64,000 nt of DNA from a virus (Duplodnaviria; Caudoviricetes), in IMG/VR virus record IMGVR_UViG_3300012943_000033, positions 6,641 through 70,640 of that record; one strand, given 5' to 3'. Shown in pieces: positions 54,030 to 63,887 of the stretch. Below the pieces are notes generated by a model. The model made no database searches. It worked only from the letters and a program-made list of their open reading frames with translations, and was not told the DNA's origin. The stretch's first letter is position 1. The number at the start of each line of letters is the position of its first letter. A program made the translations under genes and the position numbers.

Positions 54030-54926
54030 TCACAGGTCTTCCTTGCCGCGCAGGGCTTCGAATACGCCGTGGCGAGGTGCGTCCACTACCCCATGCGGGA
54101 AATACTTGAACCGGGCAAGCTGTGCAAGGTACTCACCCGGATGCTCCCAGGCATGCTTCCGCACCTTGTGCGACATGGAGGAGGCACTGATACGGAACGG
54201 GTCCGGCCAGAGGTCAGACTTGACCACGAATGCACCCACCATGCCCGTGCCCTGCTGGGCATCCTTGCTGACGGATTTCTTCGCGCGGCCTAGCGGGTCC
54301 GCTACGGAGGCGGTCAGGTTCTCCACCTGTTCCTCCAGCGCGATAATGGTGGCCTCCTCGCTGATGAACCGCTTGACCTTCAGTAACAGGTTCTCGATGA
54401 CCGATGACCGGCCATATTTGTACTTGCCGTCAGGGTCGCGCAGCATGATGCCCTCGAAACCGGCGTCCACAGCGCATTTCTCCACCTCCAACATCTCGCC
54501 CAGGGAGTGGACGGTGGCGTGGGAGACGAACACCAGCCTGGGGTCGTCCATCGCGGCGATGCGCAACCGGGCGTTGTTCAGCCGCTCGTGGAAGGGCATG
54601 TCTGGGTGGGTACGGTCGTCAAAGATATGCCACCGCACATCCGGCTCACCGATAGCCTTCCGCACCGGCCCGGAGGTGTTGTGGAAGGCGTTCTTGTCGT
54701 TAGCCGCGCCCACGATCAACTCCCCGTCCAGCCCCTCGAAATCGCGGCCCTTGAAAATGTCGTGGGTGAATTTGTTGAGGACGGGCGTGCCACTACTGGT
54801 GCGAATTTTGCCTTGGTAGCTGAACGCCCGATACCCGTCCAGTTTGACGCTGGCCAGATACGGGAAGCGTAGCCGCGCCTCCTCGTAATCTGACGCCTTC
54901 ATGGGCTTGTCGATGAAACCGGTCAT
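54030..54926 (-). CDS. lig: ATP-dependent DNA ligase
   Basis: KLDGYRA adenylation motif; LDGEL; FEGIMLR; LLKVKR. Confidence 0.95.
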   Translation of the reverse strand: MTGFIDKPMKASDYEEARLRFPYLASVKLDGYRAFSYQGKIRTSSGTPVLNKFTHDIFKGRDFEGLDGELIVGAANDKNAFHNTSGPVRKAIGEPDVRWHIFDDRTHPDMPFHERLNNARLRIAAMDDPRLVFVSHATVHSLGEMLEVEKCAVDAGFEGIMLRDPDGKYKYGRSSVIENLLLKVKRFISEEATIIALEEQVENLTASVADPLGRAKKSVSKDAQQGTGMVGAFVVKSDLWPDPFRISASSMSHKVRKHAWEHPGEYLAQLARFKYFPHGVVDAPRHGVFEALRGKEDL

Positions 54927-55585
54927 GGCGTCTCTGGGCTGTTCTCTGCGAAGAATTTGATGGCCAGCGTGCTCCAGTTTTCGTAGGGTCCGTCCACCGG
55001 CTCGGACACGAACCCTACGGTAGTCAGTTCCGCCTCGCGGCAGCGAGCATTCCAGCCGTCCGGGATGTTTACCACCATCAAGATGCCGTAGTGGACGCGG
55101 CCCACCTCGTTGGAGGTGTCGTTGATAATGCCCACGATCTGGGGGATGAAGCCCGCGCGATCTTCCTGCGGCAGCATGCCCAAGGCGTATTCAGTGCCGT
55201 CCGGGCTGATGAAAATAACCTCTTCGTTCAGTTCGCGTCCGACCGATGCCGCGAAGGTGGCCAACGGGTCGATCAGTGACTTGTCGCGAAACTGCGCGTC
55301 AAAGGCGTCCACGTGGCCGCCCAGCCCAACGGAGTGGTTCCCGGCCAGCCGCTCCTCGCCCACCAGCTTCGTGCGGGTGTACGTGAAGAGGCCCTTGTCG
55401 CTCTTCAGAACGATATACGGCAGGCACTGCCCGAAGCGCTCGTCAGTTTCCATCTCGTGGCGACGGCCCAACATGATCGACTGCTCCGCCAATTCCTTGA
55501 ATTCGGCCACGTGGATGCGGTTGATACCCGGCTCCAACGGAAAGCGGGATTTGTCGAACACGAAAATATGCTGTGGGTGCTTCAT
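54923..55585 (-). CDS. NUDIX-like phosphoesterase (COG4112-like)
   Basis: E.D....Q.LPY; Y.R....GE.RL.G..S.G.GGH; REL.EE; ND....VG.VH.G. Confidence 0.75.
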   Translation of the reverse strand: MKHPQHIFVFDKSRFPLEPGINRIHVAEFKELAEQSIMLGRRHEMETDERFGQCLPYIVLKSDKGLFTYTRTKLVGEERLAGNHSVGLGGHVDAFDAQFRDKSLIDPLATFAASVGRELNEEVIFISPDGTEYALGMLPQEDRAGFIPQIVGIINDTSNEVGRVHYGILMVVNIPDGWNARCREAELTTVGFVSEPVDGPYENWSTLAIKFFAENSPETP

Positions 55586-55711
55586 TCTTTAGCTTTCGGG
55601 TGGGTTGAAAAAAGGGCGTGTGCTCTCCAGCACGCGCGCAGCGGAAGCCCCGGACGGAGGGAGGGAGGAGGAGGAGGTGTCCGGAGCGCCGCAGCGCTCG
55701 CCCGCAAGGGG

Positions 55712-56587
55712 TTAGAACTCGTCGGCCTTCGAAGCCTCGCCGGACACTTCCTCGTTGGAGGTCGTGGCATTCTTGCTGTGGTCAACGTTGACGTCCCCGG
55801 CGACAATCGCCTTGTAGAAGTCTTTGGCCGCAGCGTACAGCTCTGGGTCGCTCACGAGGGCTTCCAAGTCGAATTTCGCGCCGCTCCAGCTGCCCTTGTC
55901 GTTGGCCTGGCCGACAGTCGTCAGCCGCACCATATTGGCGAAGGTCGGCGGAGTCTTTTTCACGCCACCCACGTCAATTTTCTTCTGCTGTAGGGAGGTC
56001 ATCAGCATGCGCGATGCCTTGATCTGGGTGGAGGAGAGGGCAAGGATTGCCTGGCTGTACTCGCCCGTATCCGGGTCGATGAAGACCACGAAGTGACTGC
56101 GCGTATCCGCGAAGTAATCAGACTTTTTGGGGTGGACCTCGCCCTTTTCGTCCTTCAGCAGAGGGCGACCCTCGACAACTTCCACCTTGCCATCGGCCAC
56201 CAGCTTGTCGAATGCTTCCGGGGTCATCTCGCCCTTGAAACCGCCCTCGCCTTCGCGGCCTCCCCACTGGATATAGGACCGCTTGTAGGAGCAAGGGATG
56301 ACCAACATGCCCGTTTTGCCGTCGATCAGTTTCTGGGTGACGGTGTTGAAGAGCATGCCCGCCTTGGCGCCTGGGATGTGCTTCGGGTCATCCTCGTCCA
56401 CCATCGGGCTCATCTTCTGGAGAATCTGGATAAAGGGGATGGCATAGGATTCCTTGCCAGCGCCTTCGAAGCCCTGCCCAGCATCGCCCGCGTCCATGAA
56501 GTCGGGCATGACGGCCAGAGGCGTCGGCGTCTTGACTGCGACCTCGGTGGAGGCGGCTTTTTTCTCTTCGGTCTTGGTGGTAGCCAT
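55712..56587 (-). CDS. Putative single-stranded DNA-binding/recombination protein
   Basis: IP...ILQ.MSP.V; acidic C-terminus ending in ...ADEF; replication cluster. Confidence 0.6.
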   Translation of the reverse strand: MATTKTEEKKAASTEVAVKTPTPLAVMPDFMDAGDAGQGFEGAGKESYAIPFIQILQKMSPMVDEDDPKHIPGAKAGMLFNTVTQKLIDGKTGMLVIPCSYKRSYIQWGGREGEGGFKGEMTPEAFDKLVADGKVEVVEGRPLLKDEKGEVHPKKSDYFADTRSHFVVFIDPDTGEYSQAILALSSTQIKASRMLMTSLQQKKIDVGGVKKTPPTFANMVRLTTVGQANDKGSWSGAKFDLEALVSDPELYAAAKDFYKAIVAGDVNVDHSKNATTSNEEVSGEASKADEF

Positions 56588-56596
56588 GATGGTTCC

Positions 56597-57163
56597 TTAC
56601 TTTCTCTTTGGTTGGGTGATTTTAGCGATGGTGAATTCGTACACGCCGAAAGGCTCCAACGGGATGGAGTCTCCGGCCTCCAGGCGTTCCTTGACGAATG
56701 CCTTCAGCGTCGATGAGTGGACACTTTCGGAGATTGCAGCCTGGTCAAAGCCTGCGGCAACCAGTGCCGCCCGCGCCTCTGCCGCGCGTTGGACTTCGCC
56801 CTTGCCAAAAGAGGCGGTGACGTTCGTCTTGATGATGCCGTCAAAATTGTTCTCGCGCAGCCAAGCGAAGGCGTCAGGCTTGTTCTCCTCGGAGATATGG
56901 CACTTGACCTCTTCCTTGACCTCCACCTTGGAGCCGTCCTTGAGCTTGTAGTCTTCCAGGTCCAGGTCGCGCATGATGCCTGGGATATACTCGCGGAGGA
57001 TTTTGTCCAGCCGTTCCTGCTTGAGCTTGGTCGCGGCTTCGTCCGTCTCGATTTCCTTCATCAGGTCCGTCGCATCCTTCGCGAGGGCCGTCAGTCGCTC
57101 CAGCGTGGACTCCGGGTTGGGCTCGACTGTCCCCGGCTCAAAGAAATCAATCTCAGTGCTCAT
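56597..57163 (-). CDS. Conserved replication-module protein
   Basis: IP..M.......KL.DG..V; AF.WLR.N....IIK; VH.STLKAFVKE. Confidence 0.65.
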   Translation of the reverse strand: MSTEIDFFEPGTVEPNPESTLERLTALAKDATDLMKEIETDEAATKLKQERLDKILREYIPGIMRDLDLEDYKLKDGSKVEVKEEVKCHISEENKPDAFAWLRENNFDGIIKTNVTASFGKGEVQRAAEARAALVAAGFDQAAISESVHSSTLKAFVKERLEAGDSIPLEPFGVYEFTIAKITQPKRK

Positions 57164-57498
57164 ACGTTAATTTCCAATAGGATATAGCGGGACAATTTCT
57201 TATCCCATTTGAGGAGCTTCAGCCTATTGCTACGCCGAAGGAGAATGCCAGCGCAAATTGCGATGACGGATGGATCGCCTACTGCAACGAAATAATCGTC
57301 ATCATTGAAGTCTCGCAATGCCGCGCGGATTTTGGCGGTAATGCGTGCAAGGAATAGTGGGTTGTCGTCCTTTTCCAAGATGACCGTCAGAATCCCGTAG
57401 GTGGTGGCACCGGTGAAGTCGAATGTCGGCACAGACACTTCAGCGATTGGGTCCCAACGCTCCGTGATCTGTGGAATGAATACCTTCGGGAGGTGCAT
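57160..57498 (-). CDS. Conserved hypothetical protein
   Basis: D.DY.V.VGDP..I.....LKWD....Y pattern. Confidence 0.6.
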   Translation of the reverse strand: MHLPKVFIPQITERWDPIAEVSVPTFDFTGATTYGILTVILEKDDNPLFLARITAKIRAALRDFNDDDYFVAVGDPSVIAICAGILLRRSNRLKLLKWDKKLSRYILLEINV

Positions 57499-57543
57499 TT
57501 GTAAGCCTTTCTGATTCCGATTATCCCCGATATTCGGTGGATA

Positions 57544-59034
57544 TTAAAGGGCCATCGGGATACCGTCAATGACGTGATCGGCCAGTACATTCTTCACGTG
57601 TCGCGATTGCGCGGCGTCCTCGTCAATCGTATCCTCCGCGATAAGGTCCAGGTACAGGACAGAATCCCCAGTGGTGCCGATGCGGTGATTACGGTCCTCC
57701 GACTGCGCCCGAATGTCGTTGTCGTAGTCACACGAATAGTACACCGACAAATTCGCAGCGGTTAGCGTGATGCCTGCATATGCCGCCTTATTACAGACGA
57801 ACACTTGGTGTTTGCCGTCTTGGAATTCGTCAATGGCTAATTCGCGGTCAGCGTCCTTTATGTCTCCGTGATATTCGACGCAGCTGATTCCCAATTCCTT
57901 CAGCTTCGCGACAATTTGGGCAATCTCCTCGCGGTAAATCGTCCAGACAATTAGCTGCTGATCTTCCACGTCGTCAATGATATCCAGGAACGCTTCCATT
58001 CTGGGATTGCTGTCCGCGTCGATCAATTCCGGCTTGCCGTTAATGAAGATAAAGCCACTGGTGACCTGCTTCATCTTCTGCCGCGCGGCGATTGCCGCGA
58101 ACGATTGCGGCCCTTCAGACTCGCTGTAATAGGCGTAGTCTTCCTTGAGCGTGTCGTAGACTTGGCGCTGTTTGTCGGTGAGCTGGAAGGTGCGGGTTTC
58201 GTAGACCTTTGGCGGAAGGTCCAACACGTCTTGCTTCCGTACCCGGAAGGTATGCGGTTGGGTTAGGGCGTAGAGCTTGTCCAGGTTCCTGTACTTTTTG
58301 TTGCCGTATTCGTCCTCATCCACAATCTGCGCCCATGCAGCCTTCGCGCCCATCTTGCGGATAATCCCTTTCATCTTCGGTGAGGAGGGGTCAAGCAACA
58401 CAGCAAATTCAGCCACGAAGGCCCGATATGACGCTGTACCAAGCAACCCTGCCTTCAGGAAATCAAATTGGGCAAACAGGTCCATAGGAGCCTTCGTCAG
58501 GGGCTTCCCGGAGAGGATGCGGCGGGCCTCTGCCGCGCGGCCTGCCTCGACAACGTAGTGGCTTCGTTTGGACTTGGGGTTGGCGATTTTCTTGGACTCG
58601 TCCACCACAGCGAGGACGCGAAAAGATCGCATGAACTCCGCTACTACATCGCGCCCCTTTTCCGACAGCATCATGTCGAAGTTGACGGAGAGGACGCGCA
58701 GTGTTGGTTCATCGAAGTGGTGGGCAGGGGTGTACAGCCGCGCCAGCGATGCCTTTTGGCGCTTGGTCGTGATTTGCCCGTCCCAGATATGGGTAACGCA
58801 CGGGATGTCCATGTGCTTCGGGATTTCGCGCAGTACCCAGTTGGAGTGCGGACCCTTCGGAGCGAACACCAAGAGGGCGTCAATTTTGTTCCCGATGAAT
58901 AGCCGCTCCGCGTCTGCTAGGGTCATCCAGGTCTTCCCCGTGCCCATCTCCGCGAATAGCGCGAAATTCCGTTTACCCTCCGACCGCTCAAGATAATTAA
59001 GCTGGTGGAGCATTCCTTTGGTTTTCATTCTCAA
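57544..59034 (-). CDS. SNF2/DEAD-like DNA helicase
   Basis: EMGTGKT; VDES; ILSGKP; GITLTAA; QSEDR.HRIG. Confidence 0.95.
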   Translation of the reverse strand: MRMKTKGMLHQLNYLERSEGKRNFALFAEMGTGKTWMTLADAERLFIGNKIDALLVFAPKGPHSNWVLREIPKHMDIPCVTHIWDGQITTKRQKASLARLYTPAHHFDEPTLRVLSVNFDMMLSEKGRDVVAEFMRSFRVLAVVDESKKIANPKSKRSHYVVEAGRAAEARRILSGKPLTKAPMDLFAQFDFLKAGLLGTASYRAFVAEFAVLLDPSSPKMKGIIRKMGAKAAWAQIVDEDEYGNKKYRNLDKLYALTQPHTFRVRKQDVLDLPPKVYETRTFQLTDKQRQVYDTLKEDYAYYSESEGPQSFAAIAARQKMKQVTSGFIFINGKPELIDADSNPRMEAFLDIIDDVEDQQLIVWTIYREEIAQIVAKLKELGISCVEYHGDIKDADRELAIDEFQDGKHQVFVCNKAAYAGITLTAANLSVYYSCDYDNDIRAQSEDRNHRIGTTGDSVLYLDLIAEDTIDEDAAQSRHVKNVLADHVIDGIPMAL

Positions 59035-59437
59035 GTCTTTCTAGGTGTTCGCAGATTGCCCGCCTGCCCGTCTTAATTGACGAATGAATTAGCTGAAGGG
59101 CAGTCATCTTGTTGAGATCCATATTAGGGTCCAACAAGTAATAGTCGATTTTAACCCGAAGCAATACGAAGGCGTGACCGTTCCACCATTTCCATTTGCG
59201 CATGAAGGGCAATTGCCCCGGCTCAAATGCGTCATTTAATGGGAATGTGCTTGATCGCTCCGGCCAGCCGTCGATTGCCTTATTCTCGCACCAAAACACC
59301 ACGCCACGCCGGTTTATTCCGACCACATCCGGCATGCCCTCCATGCAGGCATTTTCGACGCGGCAGACATTGAGCGTGCTGCCGTCGATGATGCCCCGGA
59401 AGGAATCCCAGGCCCGTTGTTCAGGCAGTCTCGACAA
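58997..59437 (-). CDS. PD-(D/E)xK nuclease (Holliday junction resolvase/VRR-NUC-like)
   Basis: R.EN....GMPDV......W.E.K. Confidence 0.7.
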   Translation of the reverse strand: MSRLPEQRAWDSFRGIIDGSTLNVCRVENACMEGMPDVVGINRRGVVFWCENKAIDGWPERSSTFPLNDAFEPGQLPFMRKWKWWNGHAFVLLRVKIDYYLLDPNMDLNKMTALQLIHSSIKTGRRAICEHLERLENENQRNAPPA

Positions 59438-62243
59438 TTGGTTTGGTCTCGTATTGTTCGTTCACGTGCAATTGCTTTATGTTGTGAACGATAAACATAT
59501 CCAGCCCTGGGATTTTCTTGCCCTTGACCAGAAACCAAGTGCCAGTCGCGGCACCTTCGGCAATGGGTTTGCCCTTATCAATATATTTCTCCGGACGGAT
59601 GCGGAAGCGCATGGACGTGTCGGTGGAGTCGTCCAGCATCATCATATCCAGGAATTGGCTTTGGCCTTTATAGAGCTTGCCGCCCCGTTTCTTGATTTTG
59701 ATAGCTTCGTTCTCGTCAGAAATCGTCTTTTTGGTTAGCTTGGCAATTACCAGGCACGTCCTGCCGTCCTTGCACGTCTTCATCCCAATTATGGGCATAC
59801 CAGAGGTAACGCCGATCAATTCCGGGTTCTCATAGTAACGCCCCCACAGGGCTTTGGCTTCGTACAGTTCGGTGAATTTAACCTCCGCCTTCATCAGGCG
59901 TTCCCGGTCCTTGTCGGTCAGCAACCCTGCCGCCCGCTTCTGGACGTATTGGAGGGCCTTCACCGGGCCGTAGCCTTTGGCGTTCCGGATGCCTCCCAAC
60001 AGCCTGCCGTCTGCGGCGGTCCAGTTGATGTCGCTGAACTCCGGGTCAATTGGCGTATAGGTCACGCCCTCCCGTTCCAACTCCCGCAACACCGCCACCG
60101 TCTGCTCAGCATCCTTCGCGGCCCGTAGCGTCGCGGCAGCGAAGGGGATCATGTGGTAGCGCTTCATCCAACAGGTCCAGTAGGTTACTACGGCATAACT
60201 GACGGAGTGAGATTTATTGAATCCCCAGGCTCCAAAAGTGACCATCTCACGCCAGATTTCCTTCGCTTCCTGCTCAGGAACCCCGTTCTTCACCGCACCG
60301 ATAACGAAGTCACCGCCCATGGAGTTGAAGAATTCCTCGCCCATACTCCCAGACATCGCTTTGCGCACGGCGCTGGTTTTCTTCCAGTCAAAACCTCCGA
60401 TTTCCTGCACCACCATCATGATCTGCTCCTGGTAGAGGAACACACCCTGGGTTTCGCTCAGATATTTCTCCAACTGGGGCACTTCGTAGGTGACCGGCTC
60501 GCGGCCTGCCGCCCGTTCGATATACCGCTGAGACATCCCAGAGGACAGTGGCCCCGGACGGGCAAGGGCCGTGACGTTGTCGATCTTTCCGAAGGTGTCG
60601 ATATAGACCATGCGGAGCGATGTACGGACAATGTCGCCCTCGAATTGGAAAATGCCAGAAACCTTATCCTCGTTCAGGATGTCCAGGACCGCCTTATCAT
60701 CCAACTTCAGGCTGTACAACTCCTCTGCCGTTACCACGCCCGCGTCCTCGATGATGCCCAGAGTACGGAGGCCCAGCGCGTCGATTTTCAGGAGGTTCAG
60801 GTGTTCGGTGTTTTTCTTATCAATCTGGGCGATGCCCTCTTCATTCACAGTGCAGTAGTCAATGATGGGGTCGTTACACACCAAGATGCCTGCCGCATGC
60901 ACGCCAGAGTGGCTGGGGTGCAATTCGAGGTCACCCATGCACTCGCTCGCGTTCGGATGCCTGCGACTGAACTCCCGTCCCGGCTCCGTGTTGTGCATCG
61001 TGTCCTGGAGGCCCTTGCCGTAGCGCTCGTCAGCGCTGCTGTATTCGATCAACGCGGTGGTGATCTGGGAGGTTTCCCGGATATGGACGCCGAATTTTCG
61101 CCCCACTTGCGCGAGGACGCTCGCGGCCTTCAGGGTATTGATATTCCCCAATTTGCAGACGTTCGCGTGGCCGTATTTCTTTTGGAGGTACTCAAACACC
61201 ATATAGCGTTTGGAATCTGAAAAGTCAATATCAATATCCGGTAGGTCCATCCGGCTAATATCAATAAAGCGGTAAAACAGCAACCCGTGAACGATTGGGT
61301 CGATTTCCGTAATGGCGAGGAGGTAGCAAATCAATGACCCTGCGCTACTGCCGCGAGCGGGTCCGACCAGCATATGGCGCTTGGCGAATTGCACCAAGTC
61401 GGTGACGATTAGGAAATAGCTATCAAAATTGCGCCTTTTGATAGCCTCAATCTCCAAATTGAATCGGTCCTCGTATTCCTGCGTCCATTCGGCAATGTGC
61501 CCGCGTGCTAACCGGCTCGCCTGCCCCTCCCGTGCGACGGCTACAAGGTCGCCCGGTACGGAAATCATCGGGGCCTTGCGTAGCCGTGTCCCCTCCAACC
61601 GTTTCGCTACGGAGAGGGTATTGTCCAGGGCCTTGTCAAACTCCGCTCCGGACACCGCGTAGCGCAGCGCGTGCCGCAACTCGTCCACCGTGGCAATATG
61701 CCGCATGCCGACAGAATCCCGCACCTCCCAGGCGTAGGCGTAGGGCTGGTGGCCGGGCGTCGGCATGTCGTTGTAGGAGGAGATGACCAACGGCTTGCCC
61801 GTCTCCCTCGATAGCCGCGCGGCTTGATATGCGTGGACGTAGCTGGCCGGGTTGAGGTCGATGTAGTCGTATGTGTCTGGCGGCAGCGTAAGCGCTCCTC
61901 CAGTGAATTTAACCACCCCCTCCAGCGCTCCGAATTCATCTGGAGTTAGGCCACCAGCTTGAACGCTTTTACTCGTGGCGTTGTAGAATCGGCGCATATC
62001 CTCCGCGAGCATCCACGCGACGGGCTTTTGGTCGCCTCCGATGATCGGCACCTCCATCCCAAACATCGGCTCAATGCCCGCCTTCGTCGCGGCCTGCTCC
62101 CATCGGACGTGCCCCCAAGTGCCGTGATCGACTAGGGCAGCGGTAGGCGTCTCCAATTCCTTCAGCCGCGCGATTATCTCCGGCATTCGCCCATAAGCAT
62201 TCCTGTACGAATAACCGGAGCGGACGCGGAGTTGGGGAATCAT
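59421..62243 (-). CDS. dnaE: DNA polymerase III alpha subunit-like (family C)
   Basis: N-terminal PHP domain; GPARGS.AGSL..YLL.IT..DP; PDIDIDF; HAAG; KID.LGL..L; GFNKSH. Confidence 0.95.
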   Translation of the reverse strand: MIPQLRVRSGYSYRNAYGRMPEIIARLKELETPTAALVDHGTWGHVRWEQAATKAGIEPMFGMEVPIIGGDQKPVAWMLAEDMRRFYNATSKSVQAGGLTPDEFGALEGVVKFTGGALTLPPDTYDYIDLNPASYVHAYQAARLSRETGKPLVISSYNDMPTPGHQPYAYAWEVRDSVGMRHIATVDELRHALRYAVSGAEFDKALDNTLSVAKRLEGTRLRKAPMISVPGDLVAVAREGQASRLARGHIAEWTQEYEDRFNLEIEAIKRRNFDSYFLIVTDLVQFAKRHMLVGPARGSSAGSLICYLLAITEIDPIVHGLLFYRFIDISRMDLPDIDIDFSDSKRYMVFEYLQKKYGHANVCKLGNINTLKAASVLAQVGRKFGVHIRETSQITTALIEYSSADERYGKGLQDTMHNTEPGREFSRRHPNASECMGDLELHPSHSGVHAAGILVCNDPIIDYCTVNEEGIAQIDKKNTEHLNLLKIDALGLRTLGIIEDAGVVTAEELYSLKLDDKAVLDILNEDKVSGIFQFEGDIVRTSLRMVYIDTFGKIDNVTALARPGPLSSGMSQRYIERAAGREPVTYEVPQLEKYLSETQGVFLYQEQIMMVVQEIGGFDWKKTSAVRKAMSGSMGEEFFNSMGGDFVIGAVKNGVPEQEAKEIWREMVTFGAWGFNKSHSVSYAVVTYWTCWMKRYHMIPFAAATLRAAKDAEQTVAVLRELEREGVTYTPIDPEFSDINWTAADGRLLGGIRNAKGYGPVKALQYVQKRAAGLLTDKDRERLMKAEVKFTELYEAKALWGRYYENPELIGVTSGMPIIGMKTCKDGRTCLVIAKLTKKTISDENEAIKIKKRGGKLYKGQSQFLDMMMLDDSTDTSMRFRIRPEKYIDKGKPIAEGAATGTWFLVKGKKIPGLDMFIVHNIKQLHVNEQYETKPIVETA

Positions 62244-62410
62244 ATATGGTTGATTTGGTTTTCGAGACGGCGGAGGGCGTTGAGGATATGCCCAATGAAT
62301 TCGCTCTGCCTTTCGATTCTACCGTGCAGGTAGCTGACGTACACGAACAGCCCCACCACCGCCACGCAGAGAAAGGCGATGGTGGAAACCAGTATCAATT
62401 CGTCAGACAT
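62240..62410 (-). CDS. Small single-TM membrane protein (56 aa)
   Basis: Manual translation MSDELILVSTIAFLCVAVVGLFVYVSYLHG... Confidence 0.5.
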   Translation of the reverse strand: MSDELILVSTIAFLCVAVVGLFVYVSYLHGRIERQSEFIGHILNALRRLENQINHI

Positions 62411-62631
62411 TTGCGGTCAATCGACTCAATAGCGGCCAGGGCAAGTGCCGCCACCTTCACGAACCGCTCGCGGCGGGCCTGGTCATCGTGTTCGAAAGAG
62501 AGGAGCGTCAGCTGTTTGTAGCTGTACGCGCGCCAGTCGAACCAATCGCGGGTATCGTCCACCGTAGGACCGCCCCACTGCTCGTCCTGCCGCAGGCGTT
62601 CCAGTTGGATATCCATTGTCGCTTTGCTCAT
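62395..62631 (-). CDS. All-alpha NTP pyrophosphohydrolase (MazG-like) related small protein
   Basis: ER.RQD.QWG ... R.R.VKVAALA.AAIESIDR; canonical EExxE motif not evident. Confidence 0.5.
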   Translation of the reverse strand: MSKATMDIQLERLRQDEQWGGPTVDDTRDWFDWRAYSYKQLTLLSFEHDDQARRERFVKVAALALAAIESIDRKCLTN

Positions 62632-63185
62632 GCTGGTTCTTTCTGAAATGCTTCGTACACACCAACCTTTTTGCACACCTCGTGGAGCGCCATAACGTCG
62701 CTCAGGGAACGGTGCGACTGGACGTAAGGGCCGACCAGTAGGTTGTACAAATCCCTGAGCTTCATCCGCTTGCCGTACTGGAAAAACGTCTGCTCCACCG
62801 TGCAGATTTCCACCGTGTCCTCCGTCCAGCATACGTCTGGGAGCGCCTGTTGGATACGCGCCAGGTCGAAATAGACCATTGACTTGTCGAACGAAAGATT
62901 GTGGGCGATGACTGCATCAGCCTGCGCGAAATACTCGCGGACGCGCGGAACGAACGCGGAGAATGGCGGCTGATCTTTAAGGTCCGCGTTGGTCAGCCCG
63001 GTGATGTCGGTGATGACCTGCTCAATTTCCATTCCTGGGTTGCATATGAATTGGTCCTCGAATAGGACCGATTCGCCGTCAGTGATAATTCCGCCAAATT
63101 CAATGATGCGCGGCTGCTGGCGTATATCGGCATCACGATGCAACGGGAGGCCTGTTGTTTCAGTATCGAAGACGGCGAATTTCAT
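62628..63185 (-). CDS. DEDDh 3'-5' exonuclease (Pol III epsilon-like)
   Basis: FDTETTGL; IAHNLSFD; HR.L.DV. Confidence 0.9.
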   Translation of the reverse strand: MKFAVFDTETTGLPLHRDADIRQQPRIIEFGGIITDGESVLFEDQFICNPGMEIEQVITDITGLTNADLKDQPPFSAFVPRVREYFAQADAVIAHNLSFDKSMVYFDLARIQQALPDVCWTEDTVEICTVEQTFFQYGKRMKLRDLYNLLVGPYVQSHRSLSDVMALHEVCKKVGVYEAFQKEPA

Positions 63186-63887
63186 TTATTTCCCGTAGGG
63201 CAGGTCACACCCGCTCAGGAAGCGATAATGGCCCTTGTCCAGAATGTCTGCGATGAATTTGCCGCAGGCTGAAGGGTCCGTCTCGCGCCCGTGCATAAGG
63301 CTGGACAGCTGGTATTCTCGCGCGTATTCCTCCGTCCACCCGCGCACCTTCGGGACATTGGACTCGATCTGGCGGGACATATCCGTACCAGCCAACTTAT
63401 TGGGCGAGACGGAGAGGACGGTCACGCCGTATTTCTTCGTGAGTTCGCGGGCCATCTGCTTGGTTATCATCGCCTGCGCGGCCTTGCTGGCGTTATAGGC
63501 GAGACTGGCAGTCATCGGCAGCGCGGAGGCGTTGGACACAACGTTGATGATACACCGCACGTCCGATTTCAGCAGGCGGCTGAGGACGGCCTGGGACATT
63601 GCGACGCTGCCCCAGGCGTTGACGCCCATGACCCGTTCGAAATCCTGCTTGGTTACGTCTTCGAACCACGCATTCTGGTTGACGCCCGCGCAGTTGATGA
63701 GGGCGTCGCAAGTGAAGTCAGGGCCGTAGAATTCCTCCAACAGCGGTTGTGTAATTTCGCGAACATCCTGCTTGGGGTTCAGCGTCTTATCAAACCGCAG
63801 GACGATGTGACCCATTGCCGCGAGGGACGCGGCAATCTCCAAGCCCAATCCTGCGCCCGCGCCCGTTACCAATACTCTCATCATCAA
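63186..63887 (-). CDS. Short-chain dehydrogenase/reductase
   Basis: VTGAGAGLG; LINCAGVN; INVVS; Y.ASK (YNASKAA); SPN. Confidence 0.9.
   Translation of the reverse strand: MMMRVLVTGAGAGLGLEIAASLAAMGHIVLRFDKTLNPKQDVREITQPLLEEFYGPDFTCDALINCAGVNQNAWFEDVTKQDFERVMGVNAWGSVAMSQAVLSRLLKSDVRCIINVVSNASALPMTASLAYNASKAAQAMITKQMARELTKKYGVTVLSVSPNKLAGTDMSRQIESNVPKVRGWTEEYAREYQLSSLMHGRETDPSACGKFIADILDKGHYRFLSGCDLPYGK

Noticed and set aside
59421-62243. Intein or intron in dnaE
   Set aside because: The ORF is 940 aa with contiguous motifs; no intein C/S...HN-C or LAGLIDADG signature seen.
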